Shown here piece after piece: positions 25,210 through 36,793 of a DNA stretch of 64,000 nucleotides. The stretch covers positions 806,001 to 870,000 of the forward strand of contig NW_020845558.1 in assembly GCF_003704095.1 (NCBI RefSeq). Direction: 5' to 3'. Position 1 is the first letter of the stretch. Each line of letters opens with the position of its first letter. Made by a program: the position numbers and the translations under genes. Origin of the DNA: Pocillopora damicornis (lineage: Eukaryota). Below the pieces are notes generated by a model, which had not been told where the DNA came from, did no database searches, and was given only the letters and a program-made list of their open reading frames with translations.

Positions 25210-28200
25210 TGGAAATCGCTTTGTTACACCAAAACAAAGGTCTCAAGTGAAGCAGTGTCTCTAATACTGTTATTACAAACCAGATCTAAAGAGAAGTGTC
25301 CAATCAAACAAACAGATTACCGCACTTTAGTATCGCAGTCAATGTACGGGCAAGCCGAGATAGGCACAGTCGCTTTGGAATATTCGTGGCTGGCTGTTTG
25401 CGCTACAAGGGCTTGTGGATTTCCGCTTCGGTGAGAAATTATCTCGGAAATCAAGGCGTGGGAGTAAACAGAAGAGCCATGAGTCATATTTACATGACTG
25501 CGAGTTTGTAAAGCTCTGTTTGTCAACTTGTGGGCAGCGAGAATCCAGCACTTTCCTATGACAGCGTTCTTTGTCTTTTACTCTCGAGAAGACCTGGTAA
25601 CAATTTTACAAAGAACAGAAGTTCGGGTAAAATATTTACCTTGGCTAAAGTCGAAATTGAAAGCTAATTATGGTTGACACCATAATGTGCGTATTTGCCC
25701 TTCGGCGGTACTAGTCTGCTCGTTATTCAAATTTCTATAGATTATATTGTGTGCAAAGCACAGCTCATTCAGTAAGAAGGTCAACAACGGATGTACAGAG
25801 CGCCGACTCCATTTGCACTGGCTGACACCTCGGATCAGCTTATTTTTGTTTGATTTAAGAGGATTGAGACAGTTTTCAAGCTAGTTATTGAAATGCGTAT
25901 AAAAACCAATTTATCAACGTTTTGTTTAAAAGAGCGTGAATAAGTTCTGACAAAGCAGCACAATAGTCTTCCTGTCAAAATTTATTTATGCCGAAAAGCG
26001 GTCCTTTGGGAGAGAGAGCGTGAGGGCAGCGCAGAGTTAGAGCGTGACGCGTGATATTTAGGGAACGATCAATTAGTCCGTGACCCGTGCCTTCAATAAG
26101 ACTTATCAAATGCGAAATGCTTATCTTCCAGCTTTTATCACGAGCCTTCAACTTTTGAAGAGTCTTGTACACTCCTTTCCGTACGCTTCCTCCTGGGACT
26201 TCCTTTTTCTTCTCAGTTTTCCAATTTATTTTTCTTCTCAAGATAGTCTGTTCTACTTAGTTCTTTCTCCTCATCAAACAACTACAACCCAACTTTGTCT
26301 GCCCTACAAGTTGTTCACGTACTGTTCGTCTACTCGAAAGTCTTCTCTTATCATCGTGTTTCTTTTAGTTTTCTAACTAGTGGTCAAAGAAAAATTTAGA
26401 ATTTGACGGCAGGTGGTAAAACGTGAATCGTGTCCAAAGGTATGAATGATCCGTGATCGTGAGTGACTTGTTCCTTCACATATCAGTCAAAATAAATTTG
26501 ATTTTTTCAAAACCGTCAGCCTGTTAGTGTAAAAACGTTAAATGCTGAGATGGTAGTTCGGAATTTTTGCACACGAACGGAAAATTTAAGCATTGATGAC
26601 CTCTAGATTTAAATCAAGAGAGTTTCTGAATCCGAGGTAATTTGATAAAAGATGTGATTATCACATTTCTTAAGAAAAAACAAAACAAAAAATATTCAGT
26701 ACAGCTGATGAAAGATCCATCCCTGCCTCAACGTCGAGACAAAGCTAGGCGCGAAGGTTGGGTAGAAAAGGGAGCCTAAGCTTTGGTCGACAGGCTAGGT
26801 TCAGCAACCTGACAGAACACACAACTCTTTCTATACGACCGTTACTCAAGATTTCGAATCCCTAATGACAATCACAAGAAATTCTAAACTTTAAACGTAT
26901 TAGCACTCTTATTCATGGCGAAGTAATACCGGAAGCCGGGGTTAGATGACCACAAGCTTCGAAAACGAATCTTTTTATGCCAATTCAATTGCAGCCCTAA
27001 AGTTCCAGTTTTCATCTTTCCTGCCGAATCCCAGGTAATAATAAAAAATGTTTCTGTAAATGTATCAGGATTCGTTAATATAATGCCTACGATTTTTAAA
27101 ATTGAAAATGAATCTGCACTCACCGTTTAAACACCGTTCCACGTAGCCCACCTGTGGTTGCCATAACCTAATATCCGAAACTTTGTGATCTAAATATAAT
27201 TAACTAATCCGCGAAAGTAATAGCGAAAATATCTCGCTTTAATGCTATGTAACAGTGATCCGGCCAACCTACAATTTTCCCTCAACCACTTCGATCTCTC
27301 TGATACTCTGGCCCTTTCAAGGTTCCCTACAAAAAGTAAGTTCACAGAAGATTCAAGAAATCTTTGCCTGGAGAGAAGTTAAAAATAAATTTAGCTAAAA
27401 ATTTCTCTTTGTTAGTTAACCGGATAACGACCTGCCCTTTCCTATCTTCTTAATGGTTTTGGGAGGAATTTTAAGATCACGTTCGTAATTCTATCCAAAA
27501 TCTTTGAACTAACAAAGGGGTGAAAAAAAGGAAAAGGAAAAAAAAAAAGGTGAGAACTAACACCCAAGTAGCTCTTTAACATATAATTGATAACTGCTTT
27601 CTCGAAAACGTAAAAAAGCGACTGTTTTATGTATAATAAGTCTCGTTGTGCTTCTCGTGACATGCATGCATTAAGTGCTCGAAGAAGACGGTCGTGAAAA
27701 TATCGGATCCACATCGGTATCTGCGCAAATGCTCACCAAACACTTCTCTAACACAACAACGATCAATTGATGTCAAGTTAGAGAAAATGTTGGAATAGGG
27801 GAGGGGTCGGTGTGTAGTTGCTCAGATACTGACACTGATTCAAAATATCGGCTTCTCAGTCTTATTTGAGCTGGTTGGTAAAATTACGAATAGATGGGAA
27901 TTCTGGCTGGGACAGTTTTTTCGTAAAATATTTGCTAGGAATTTTGTTATTAACTTGTGATAACAGGCAAAATAACCTTGACGTTTTGATGGCCGACAAT
28001 CACTCATCACGGCGTCCTTTTTCTGAGCTCATCTACCCAACAGAGCAGGCGTAATTTTGGCGAGCGAGTGCTCGTTAATTTACGGCCGCCACCTTTGATT
28101 TTAATGGCAGTGGAAGGCTGGGAAGAGAAAGAAATTTTTACCAAGGGGACGGTGGACGGTCAACAATAAGGAGAGGAGTGGGGGTAGGGGAGTGGTTCTC

Positions 28201-29239
28201 AAAAATGATCCAAAATAATCAGGCTAAAGGATTTAATACTTTAATTCTTAGACAAAGATTGTCTTGTTAATGGAAACCTTGTCTATAATCTGATGCAATG
28301 AGTCCATGCAATTTTAAATATCGATATACAGAGTACTTTGTAAGAATAATTCTTCTAAAATTATCTTTCCACCCTTTTTGAACTTCTTCAAACTCCCAAG
28401 ATCTGATTAGCAGACAACCATTTCCTCTTTTAATAGATTATCTAAACTAATCTAAAAATAAGTGAGGATAATCTGTTGTTATATTCTGACACCATACTCT
28501 GGTTAATTTTCATTTCTCCTTAAGACAAATGCATTGAAGTTGTACCATGAGGTTGCATGTTCATCCTAATAATTAACCGAAGATTTCACTCTTTAATTCC
28601 TGGAGGTGATTAACAACAAGTAACTTCTCTCTGTAATATCCATACATTATCTAGAAAACAGGCGATGAGAATACTCAAATTTAGCAGGTTAAAGGTGTTA
28701 TCTTAATCTAACACAAATTTCCCTGACTAAGTTACAAGGAAATGTGTAGCAGCTAGAAGGGAGAATCACAAAACAGATCTTGAGAGTAAAATGGTTCAGG
28801 ATAAAGCCCATAAACTTGTCCTCCAGTTCCCAGTTATCCTGAAAACTTTAAATATGGCAAAACAATAAATACAATTTCTTCCTAAGTTTATTTTGAAATT
28901 TATAGTGACTCTTACTTTTCTTCCCTTGTAAGATGAAGTTCTAAAGAAGGAAATAACTTTTCCAGTCAAATAACACAGACAAACAAACAAATGATGGGTG
29001 CTAAGATATGACAATTACATCATTTGCCTTTAACTGAGTCACATGGCTCTACAATAAAATCTGCTCACTTTGAGCACTTATTGGAGATTCAAATTTCCAT
29101 AGTAAAAAAATGTTTGTCTCTACCAACTCAATCCTTCTTTGTGGCAAAATACTTTTCGCAGCACAAACTTTACTTGATCTGAAAAAAGAAATCTCAGAAT
29201 GTCTGAGAAACAGGGTATACCATATTACTCTGCATTTTC

Positions 29240-30904
29240 CTATGCAGTTTGCTCGTTCTTTTTGTGAGAAAGAATTTGGAAAAAAAGGGATTTATTAAAG
29301 CACACCACTAAGCTTGCCCCACAAGCAGAAAGCACAACATGTGCTGGCTCTTCAGCAGTTTCAATTCTTGAAATCATTTCCCCATCTGGTTTAAAGGCCA
29401 CAATTGAATTACCACTACAGTCACAAACTAGAATTACATTGTTGATTACATCAGCAGTTATGCCAACTGGGTCTAAGAGATCCCTGTTTCCAAAATCAAG
29501 GAGAAATTTACCATTACTGTCAAAGACCATGATGCATTCAAGATCACCATCAGTCACAAAGAACTTCCCTTGGTGATAAACAACATCTTGAGGGCAAGCC
29601 AGTTTATCTTTGCCAAAACTAAATAGAAATCTTCTATCAGGGCTGTAGACCAGAATACAAGATTGCACTTCATCTTCAGGCTCATCGCAGCAGTCTCGAG
29701 GACTTGAGGTCACCAACAGGCGGCCACTACCATCTGTTGAAATCCTTGTAAACTTCACAGAGTCATTTGGTGCTTTGACATATTTTTTGATAAATGTACC
29801 TTCTTTGTCGTAGTGAAGAAGGCGATTACATTCTCGGTTCACAACAATTATTTCTTCATCTTTGGAAAATGTTATGTCCCACAAGTCACCGTATCTAATG
29901 CGGAATGATGTAAGGTAGTCTAATTGTGAAGAGAAGACATGTACATGCCTTTCCTCTTCATCAAGTGCCGCAATCTCACCTGATACACTGGACACCGCAA
30001 AGGCAAAAGTAAAGAATTCAGTTTCGATCGTCTTTGTTACTTCTCCGCAAGTGCCATAGTCAATCAATCCAGCACTGGCTCCAGCGTGGATGTATTTTGT
30101 AACAGACATTGTCAATGTCCCGAGCATTTCAACGCATTTCTCATCTAATTCTAACACCTGAAAATGATTGTAGTATATTTCTGCTTGGCTAGATAGCTTC
30201 CTAGCTTCAAGAGTTCTTGTATCCAAAGTTGAGCTTATTTCTTTTAACTGCTCCTCTAACACATCTCCGAACTTTAAAATCTTTTCAATGTCATCCCCAC
30301 TGAGAATTTCATTTGCTTGCTGGATGGAGCTTCTCGCTTTTTGAAATAAATCGATCATGTCTTCCCTCTGTTTTCGAAGGGAGTCAGTGTCGTAGTTTTC
30401 AGTCATAAAATCGTCAAGCTGAGAAAGCAGAATTTTCCTTTTATCATTTATGAACTGAATAATATTATCAGCCATTGTGTTGATCTCACATATCATAGCT
30501 TGGCTCTGCTCGGTCGCTTTATCGTAACAATCTTCCATATCCTTGACTGCTTTTTCTGCTGCCTCTACCCGCTCTTTACAAAATCTCAAGGCTTCAGTAA
30601 CAGCTTTTTTCTCTTTCCTTGCGGGAGTGTTATCGATCAGACGCAGCAAAAGATGGTTTGTGGGGAAGGCCGACACCCCTAGGGGGGGAAGAAACGATTC
30701 TTCTCGACACTGAGGACATGAAATCCTAATACTGTTTCTACGAACCATGTTCTGCAAACACCGCTCACAAACGTTATGTGCACAGCTTGGAAGACATTTT
30801 GGTTCCTGAAATTCTTCTAAACAGACAGGACAAGTGGTTTCGTCTCCCATAATACTCAAAACTTTCTGAAATTCCTCATGTTCGGATCGAGAGACGCCCG
30901 CCAT
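29240..30904 (-). CDS. Intronless TRIM-like E3 ligase: RING-HC + coiled coil + NHL beta-propeller, 554 aa
   Basis: C3HC4 RING CPVC...LPSCAHNVCERC...CPQCR followed by FPTNHLL; helical coiled-coil region; NHL-like repeats (PQDVVYHQGKFFVTD...IMVFDSNGKFLLDFG; DPVGITAD...ILVCD..GNSIVAF). Confidence 0.9.
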   Translation of the reverse strand: MAGVSRSEHEEFQKVLSIMGDETTCPVCLEEFQEPKCLPSCAHNVCERCLQNMVRRNSIRISCPQCREESFLPPLGVSAFPTNHLLLRLIDNTPARKEKKAVTEALRFCKERVEAAEKAVKDMEDCYDKATEQSQAMICEINTMADNIIQFINDKRKILLSQLDDFMTENYDTDSLRKQREDMIDLFQKARSSIQQANEILSGDDIEKILKFGDVLEEQLKEISSTLDTRTLEARKLSSQAEIYYNHFQVLELDEKCVEMLGTLTMSVTKYIHAGASAGLIDYGTCGEVTKTIETEFFTFAFAVSSVSGEIAALDEEERHVHVFSSQLDYLTSFRIRYGDLWDITFSKDEEIIVVNRECNRLLHYDKEGTFIKKYVKAPNDSVKFTRISTDGSGRLLVTSSPRDCCDEPEDEVQSCILVYSPDRRFLFSFGKDKLACPQDVVYHQGKFFVTDGDLECIMVFDSNGKFLLDFGNRDLLDPVGITADVINNVILVCDCSGNSIVAFKPDGEMISRIETAEEPAHVVLSACGASLVVCFNKSLFFQILSHKKNEQTA

Positions 30905-30970
30905 TGCTGCCAGCTGGAATATTATCCACGTTTCAGTGATTATGCAACTTAGTGCCCAGTTTCCTCACGA

Positions 30971-31227
30971 GAAAGCAGGTAATTTCGTGTTAACAACTAA
31001 GTTTAAAACGTAAATTGGCCACCGTAAAGAGTAAAAAAGCTGACGTTTTGGGCGTTAGCCCTTCCTCCATCGCTCTGACGAAGGGATAACGCTCGAAACG
31101 TCAGCTTTTTTACTCTTTACGGCGGCCAGTTTACGTTTTCAACTCAGTTGTTAACACTTAATTACCTGCTATACTCTCCCACCGACGCAGCACCACAGTT
31201 TCGTTAGAAACCTACCCCCTTTATACA
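30971..31227. mobile_element. Penelope-like palindromic insertion with 10-bp target-site duplication
   Basis: About 91-bp imperfect inverted arms (30974-31064 and 31080-31170) plus a 3' tail. Flanked by the direct repeat TTCCTCACGA at 30961-30970 and 31228-31237. Confidence 0.75.
31072..31105 (+). ncRNA. Minimal type I hammerhead ribozyme motif
   Basis: gct-CTGACGA-agggataacgctc-GAAA-cg-TC^agc: conserved CUGANGA and GAAA boxes, GUC cleavage triplet, stem I gct/agc, short stem II ggg/ctc and a palindromic ACGU stem III, as in Penelope-associated minimal hammerheads. Confidence 0.65.
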
Positions 31228-31404
31228 TTCCTCACGAAAGTTGGACTGATACAAGTCACGTGGGTAACTTTGTGCGGGATAATTTGGTAAACCAACCAGA
31301 GGAGTACTTTTAGACCAACAAGGATAAGGAGAGTTGAAAGATGTTAATTGTAAATGAGCGCACATCTAGCTTTAAGATGTATCAATGGCAACACAGTCCA
31401 GAAA

Positions 31405-31503
31405 NNNNNNNNNNNNNNNNNNNNNNNNNNNNNNNNNNNNNNNNNNNNNNNNNNNNNNNNNNNNNNNNNNNNNNNNNNNNNNNNNNNNNNNNNNNNNNNN
31501 NNN
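31405..31503. other. Assembly gap (N run)
   Basis: Run of N. Confidence 1.
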
Positions 31504-31581
31504 CCCCCCCCAAAAAAAAAAAGTTAATGAAAACATTCAAAAAAGGTAGAATATATGAAATAGGGAGGGTAGGCAAAAGTT

Positions 31582-31894
31582 AGGTAAAGTCTTCACCTGA
31601 TCCAAGTGGGTCACCCAGCCTAAACTTATCCTGGTTTCTATGGCATGATGTGATTAAGATTATTACTCCTCCCTCCTGGATTCCACCCAGTCCATTACAG
31701 GGTTCCCTCCAGCATTTTATCAGGCTTCCCTGACTATCCACCAATACCCAGTCATACTCCTGAGTAGAGAGACACATGGTGAAATTCAGGTGTTTAGCAC
31801 ATGCCCAAGATCACAGTGCAATGACCCCACAGGTCTTGAACCTGGACTTCTTCACCAAGAGTCCAGTGCTCTTACCACTTGCCCACCATGTCTC
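31582..31894 (-). mobile_element. tRNA-derived SINE, degenerate copy
   Basis: Reverse complement is similar to the SINE at 39428-39733 (A/B-box head, cttgggca, ctctctactcagg, aaccctgtaatggact, 3' tail). Confidence 0.7.
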
Positions 31895-32796
31895 ACACTG
31901 AGGGGGTAGAGGGGTGGGTGACTTACTTGAGTAATTGCAGAGGCTACTTAACAGAAAAAGTATTGTCAGCTCCTGCAAACTAATTAAACTTTTCAAAGTA
32001 CTTCCTTTTTGACACCTTTCAAATTATATACCATAAATCAGAGCAGAGAGGAGATTGAGACAGTGATTTTTCCAGTTATAGGAAGAACAAGGTGGAAAAT
32101 CTCTTCATCAAATTTTTCTAACATTTCCACCACCTTACTAAAGAGAAAATTCACAATCAAATCTCACTGTTTCTGGTTCTGCATTTCATTGCTTGAATTC
32201 ATGATATAACTCAAGTTTTACAACAAGTAATCATTGCAACCCTTTTTCTTAACAGCAAAGAATTACCAAACTAAAAATAGCACCAAGATCATCCATAATC
32301 ATAGCTTGTATTTATTCTCTTTATCTAAGAAATACTTATTACAAAACAAACAACCACATAAAGGCTTGCAAAGAATTCTCATGATTGTATTAACTCTTAT
32401 TTAGGTTACTGTAAAAGATTTATGAAACCTATCCTTCTATTCTTAATTATTCATTAATACATCAATAATCCAATTAATTGACTAAACTCAATAGATTAAA
32501 AGGGTTTTAATAACCCACTCTTTAAGTTTCTTCACTACTGGTGTTGGATGGTTAAAACTACCTACATACACCAATATACTGTGCATAAAATACACACACT
32601 CATTATTGCAAAAGGAGTTACTCCTTCATTCTGCTTCTCTTCTAAGCTATGGTCCTGCCCATGAACAATTACCCCCTGTCAACTGCAAAGAAGTAGTTGG
32701 ATTATTATCTTCATTATCAGCAAGACTTTGGTGAAGTCAACCCTTCCAAACAAATGCCTATCACTGACTTGGGATATTTTCCATCTTTAGCCTTGA

Positions 32797-35760
32797 TTAC
32801 TGTCTGACAAGTGAGTAACATACACCTATTCCAACAGCTGCTGCAGCAACACCATATTTCAACCAGGACTCCCAAGAGTTTCTATTGCTCCTTGTGCCAC
32901 TGGCTGGTCTTGACTGTGGACCTTCTTTTCCATCTTTCTCTTCTCTTTCATAATACTTCTTTATGAGACTTTTTGTGTCGTGTATGTCATCCTCGTCTTC
33001 CTCATCAAAGGCAGCCTAAGATTAACAGATAATATTGGGATCAAAATGTAGGATGGATTGTTAAAACCTGGAAACTGGTACAGTCAAGACTAACAACAGA
33101 TGAACCTGTATTAAGCAACACCTTATTAAGCAATGACCTTGTATTAAGCAGTCAGTTGTCAAAGTCCTAAATTTTTCCCCCATAATTACTTCCTAATAAG
33201 TGGGTGACATTGTTCTGAATCCCACAATAAACAGCATGAAAAACTATAAGGTCAAAATAACCTGATAACAACATATGGAAGGTGTTTTCAGTTTTGTACT
33301 CAAAACTAAAATCCACCATTATTGGAAATGAAGTAAAGCCACAGCATTCAGTGGCAGATCCAGACCTTGAGCTAAGGAAGGGGGGGGGGGGGGCTTTTTT
33401 GTTGCTTTCTGCCACTGGTATTGAGATATATGATCTAAGGAGGCCAAAACATTTTCCAGCCAAAGTGAACTGTATTTTGTTAGTAAGTAAGTAAGTAAGA
33501 ACTTTATTTAGAGAGGGTAACACATGACAGTAAAACAGATAAACTAGTGGCCCTCTGTGCTAAAACATCAACCAGGTAATCATAAAACAACTAGGAAGAG
33601 TAAAAAGTAAAAACATTTATTATCTATAGTTAAAAATATATAGAAAAAAATAAGTTAAAAACACAGAGATACCTCAGTCTATAAAGTAACTAAGAATCAT
33701 ACAAAGTATGAACATTAATCCCAAGTCATCTATCATCTAATTTCTCAAAAAAATTCTTTTTTTGCCCCAAAATTCTATTCCTGCTCCTTACCCCCTCCCT
33801 GAGCAGTTTGTACCCTGGCTAATTTTTTCATTCCCCCTCCTACATCAGACCTTAGAGACAGCCTTGTAACTTAAGCCATTTTTTGTTTCCCTTAAGAATT
33901 TGAGTTTGCAAGGATCTACTTTATATTTTTTAGGTACTTACCCATCCTCCCTTCTTTTCTATCCATTCAGCTGTACTCTCTTGTATAAACCTTAAGCTGT
34001 GTTCAGCTAACTGCTCAAGCTGCTTATCATCTAACTCTCCAATAATGGCTATTTCACGAGCAAAATGGCACAATAGTGCAACCTTTGACCAGCCAACAAT
34101 GTGATGATCAAAGGTGAGATGTCTTGCAGCTTTGCAAAATTGTTCGTATGACAGAGATTCTGCTTGAATCATTTTCAAGGGCTCATCTAATAAATTAGGC
34201 ACCATTTCCATAATTTCTTGACTGATCTTGTCCAGTCGTGCAGCAACACGACCCTCGGGAGATAACACAGGAGAAGGAGTGTGGTCACGATCAAAGCAAG
34301 ATTTACATGAAAGCGGTGGAAGCTTAAGCTCATTTGGTCTCTTGTAAAAATCCCTATTCAAACAAACAAGAATGATGTTGATTCCAACCTTTGTTTATAC
34401 CTTATGTTAATACTAATAATAACTTTTTTGAGCCCATAAGTAACAACCAATTGTGTGGCCTCATTGCCTGGTTAGAAAAACACTGATTTTAATAGCAGAG
34501 ATGAGATTGACATTTTAAAAAAACCAAGCAAAAGTCATCATCAGAGACTAGTCAAAATACTTTTTTAATGAAAAATATTTATAAACTTTTTTTAATAAAA
34601 AATTAAAAAGAAATAAATAACTCAAAAAGACTAAATGTTACTAAATATAAAGTGAAGTAAATAAAACAAACATTATTTCCAAATCCATATCTCTTGACTT
34701 GCATCTTAGACACAAGCACAGGGTGAAATGTGACAATAAGACTACCCTGTTTGTCATTATATGTAAATTATCCACTAATTACCAGACATTTTAAAACCAT
34801 AAAGTGCCCAACCGTTTTTATTATCACCCTTAGTGGCGGCTGGTAAGACACGTTTTTTGAAAAAAAGAAGTCAAGAAAAGGAATTCTTATACTAAATGAA
34901 GGCTTGATTAAGTTAAAAGAGGTAGTTTGAAAATCACACTCCTATTCATTCCTCTAAATTAAAATGCAGTGCGTGATTCAGTGGGCTTAGCAATAATTCT
35001 TACTTTCCTTGAAGTTCCGAATGATAGCAGGGGGGTATATCGAACCATTGAACCATTGTAATAGTCTTATAAATGTGGCGATTTTGTGGAGTTTCCTGCA
35101 CTTCAAATACATGGATGCGTCACGATCTGAGATTCACACGTATGAGATTCAGACAGTCGCATTTTACTGTCTTTCCTAATTAATTCACACAGCTGTTCGA
35201 GTTGTGTTTACAAGCGCAAACTATCAGAGAATCTAACCAGGAAACATCTGAACCCCCAAAACGTCATGTTAAAACACCTGAAAATAGTGTACTGCGCAAT
35301 AGACTTGTCATTAAAACGTTCAAACAAAACCGACAACTTACATTTTCTTCTCTGCTCTTCCTCTGAGTTTGTTATGGTCAAATGTTTCAATGTCTCTCTT
35401 CAAGTTCAAGGATAACTTTCGCTGTAGTTTTGCCATTTCCAAAAATTTTTTCCTCTTAGATTCGTAAGCTCCGGCATCGCTAGCACTCTTCGACAGGCCA
35501 ATTATAGCTCTTTTAAGATAAGGTGCCCTGTTCTCAGAATTTGTAAAGTTCCTAGCAGTCAGCCTATCTGCTGGTAACGAACCTAGGTAGTCTAATACTA
35601 CAATTCGAGTTTCCTCCCGAATTCGTTCGAGTGAGGCCCAACGATCAATGTTTGATTTTTCGGGGCCACAGTTTTCCATTTCTTTATCAGAATCTGTATC
35701 CGTAGTAACCTCAGGTGTTCCTTGTGAAATGTATGTTTGTTCTACCGGGTCTTGTTCCAT
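32797..35760 (-). CDS. BCL2L13: Bcl-2-like protein 13 (Bcl-rambo) orthologue, ~349 aa, C-terminal TM anchor
   Basis: Exons 35760-35342, 34353-33942, 33015-32797 in phase. ETRIVVLDYLG (human ETKYVVLSYLG), FDRDHTPSPVLSP (human FDRHTSPVFSP), GWSKV (BH1, human GWNKI), AEWIEKKGGW plus acidic run (BH2), tail anchor WLKYGVAAAAVGIGVCYSLVRQ*. Human sequences quoted from memory. Confidence 0.85.
33480..33556 (-). mobile_element. 3' end of a LINE-like (L2/CR1-type) element
   Basis: Minus strand reads gagggccactagtttatc...gtgttaccctctctaaataaagttc followed by a (ttac)n microsatellite tail. Confidence 0.5.
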
Positions 35761-36793
35761 GATAAAGATATAGAAGAAAGATAGTTCTGGTTGCAATACG
35801 TTATACCATTCTGTAAAAAAATATTGCAAACCGTGGCTGACAGGGAACTGGGTACAAATTCCTCGCGGCCGAGCTGCGCGTGGGCATGACGTTCGCATCG
35901 TGAACTTCCGTCTAAACTTCGCGTCAAAGATTGATTCAGAGGGATTTGTGAAGCAATATATTGCTCTTTTCATGGCCTAGAACATTTATCTCAAGAGCAT
36001 AAGGAGCAATGATTTGGGCTTATGGGAACTTATAGGAGAAAGCCCTCTGTAAATGGTTTTATCTGGAACAATAAAGAGCTGTCAATCGTCATGATCATGG
36101 GGCAATCGATGCTGAGCTCTTGAAACGGTTCTTTCTTTACGCGAGTGAAATTGTTTGACGGTGGTTTTATTCGGTTGAGATAAGGAGCAAATAATGCCAA
36201 GGCCTATAAAAACTTCTATAAAAATTCAGGCTTTTTAAAACTTGTCCCTAAAGCAAACAAACAAACAAGCAACTTGCTCAGGCAATGCCACGTCGCGATT
36301 TTGCTTATTCAGAAATAACATGTGAAAGGCAGATTTCATTCAGGGGAAAGGAAGCGACCTTTTCCTTAGTGCCTCTGCCATCACGATTGAAATTGAAAGC
36401 GAATGGAGGAAATATGGGTTTGACCCCTTCGAGTCACGTGAAATATCCAACACCATAGGCAAACTGCTCTATAGCGATAAAAGCATTTTAAGCGATCAGA
36501 TAATAGCTCTGAGGCTCGAAAAGAGAGGAAGGTTAAAGTTTATTATACGAATATCAAGAGGATGAACACTCGGTAAAGACTGGGCCTGAAATTGGGGGAC
36601 GTGACGAGGCACGATGACGGCATTGTTAAGGGGAAATTGCCGTACACGACGTAAAATTGAGTTTTTCGGGAAAGTCAAAATCTCAGCGGAAAATCGAATT
36701 TCCTGTTTTTCAAAGAATCCTTGAAGACTGCTTTGATCTGCAGAACTTGAACAGATTCAGTAGACCCTTGGTGAGGGAACAAGTGCTTTCGTA
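35761..36793. promoter_or_regulatory. Divergent (~1 kb) promoter region shared by BCL2L13 and the BID-like gene
   Basis: ATGs are 1033 bp apart, head-to-head, and the region is relatively CpG-rich. ISRE-like GAAATTGAAAGCGAAT at 36389-36404, E-box GTCACGTGA at 36433-36441. Confidence 0.55.

Noticed and set aside
35761-35973. 71-codon upstream extension of the BCL2L13 exon-1 ORF
   Set aside because: No family similarity and it overlaps promoter-like sequence; ATG 35760 has a good context. Not formally excluded.
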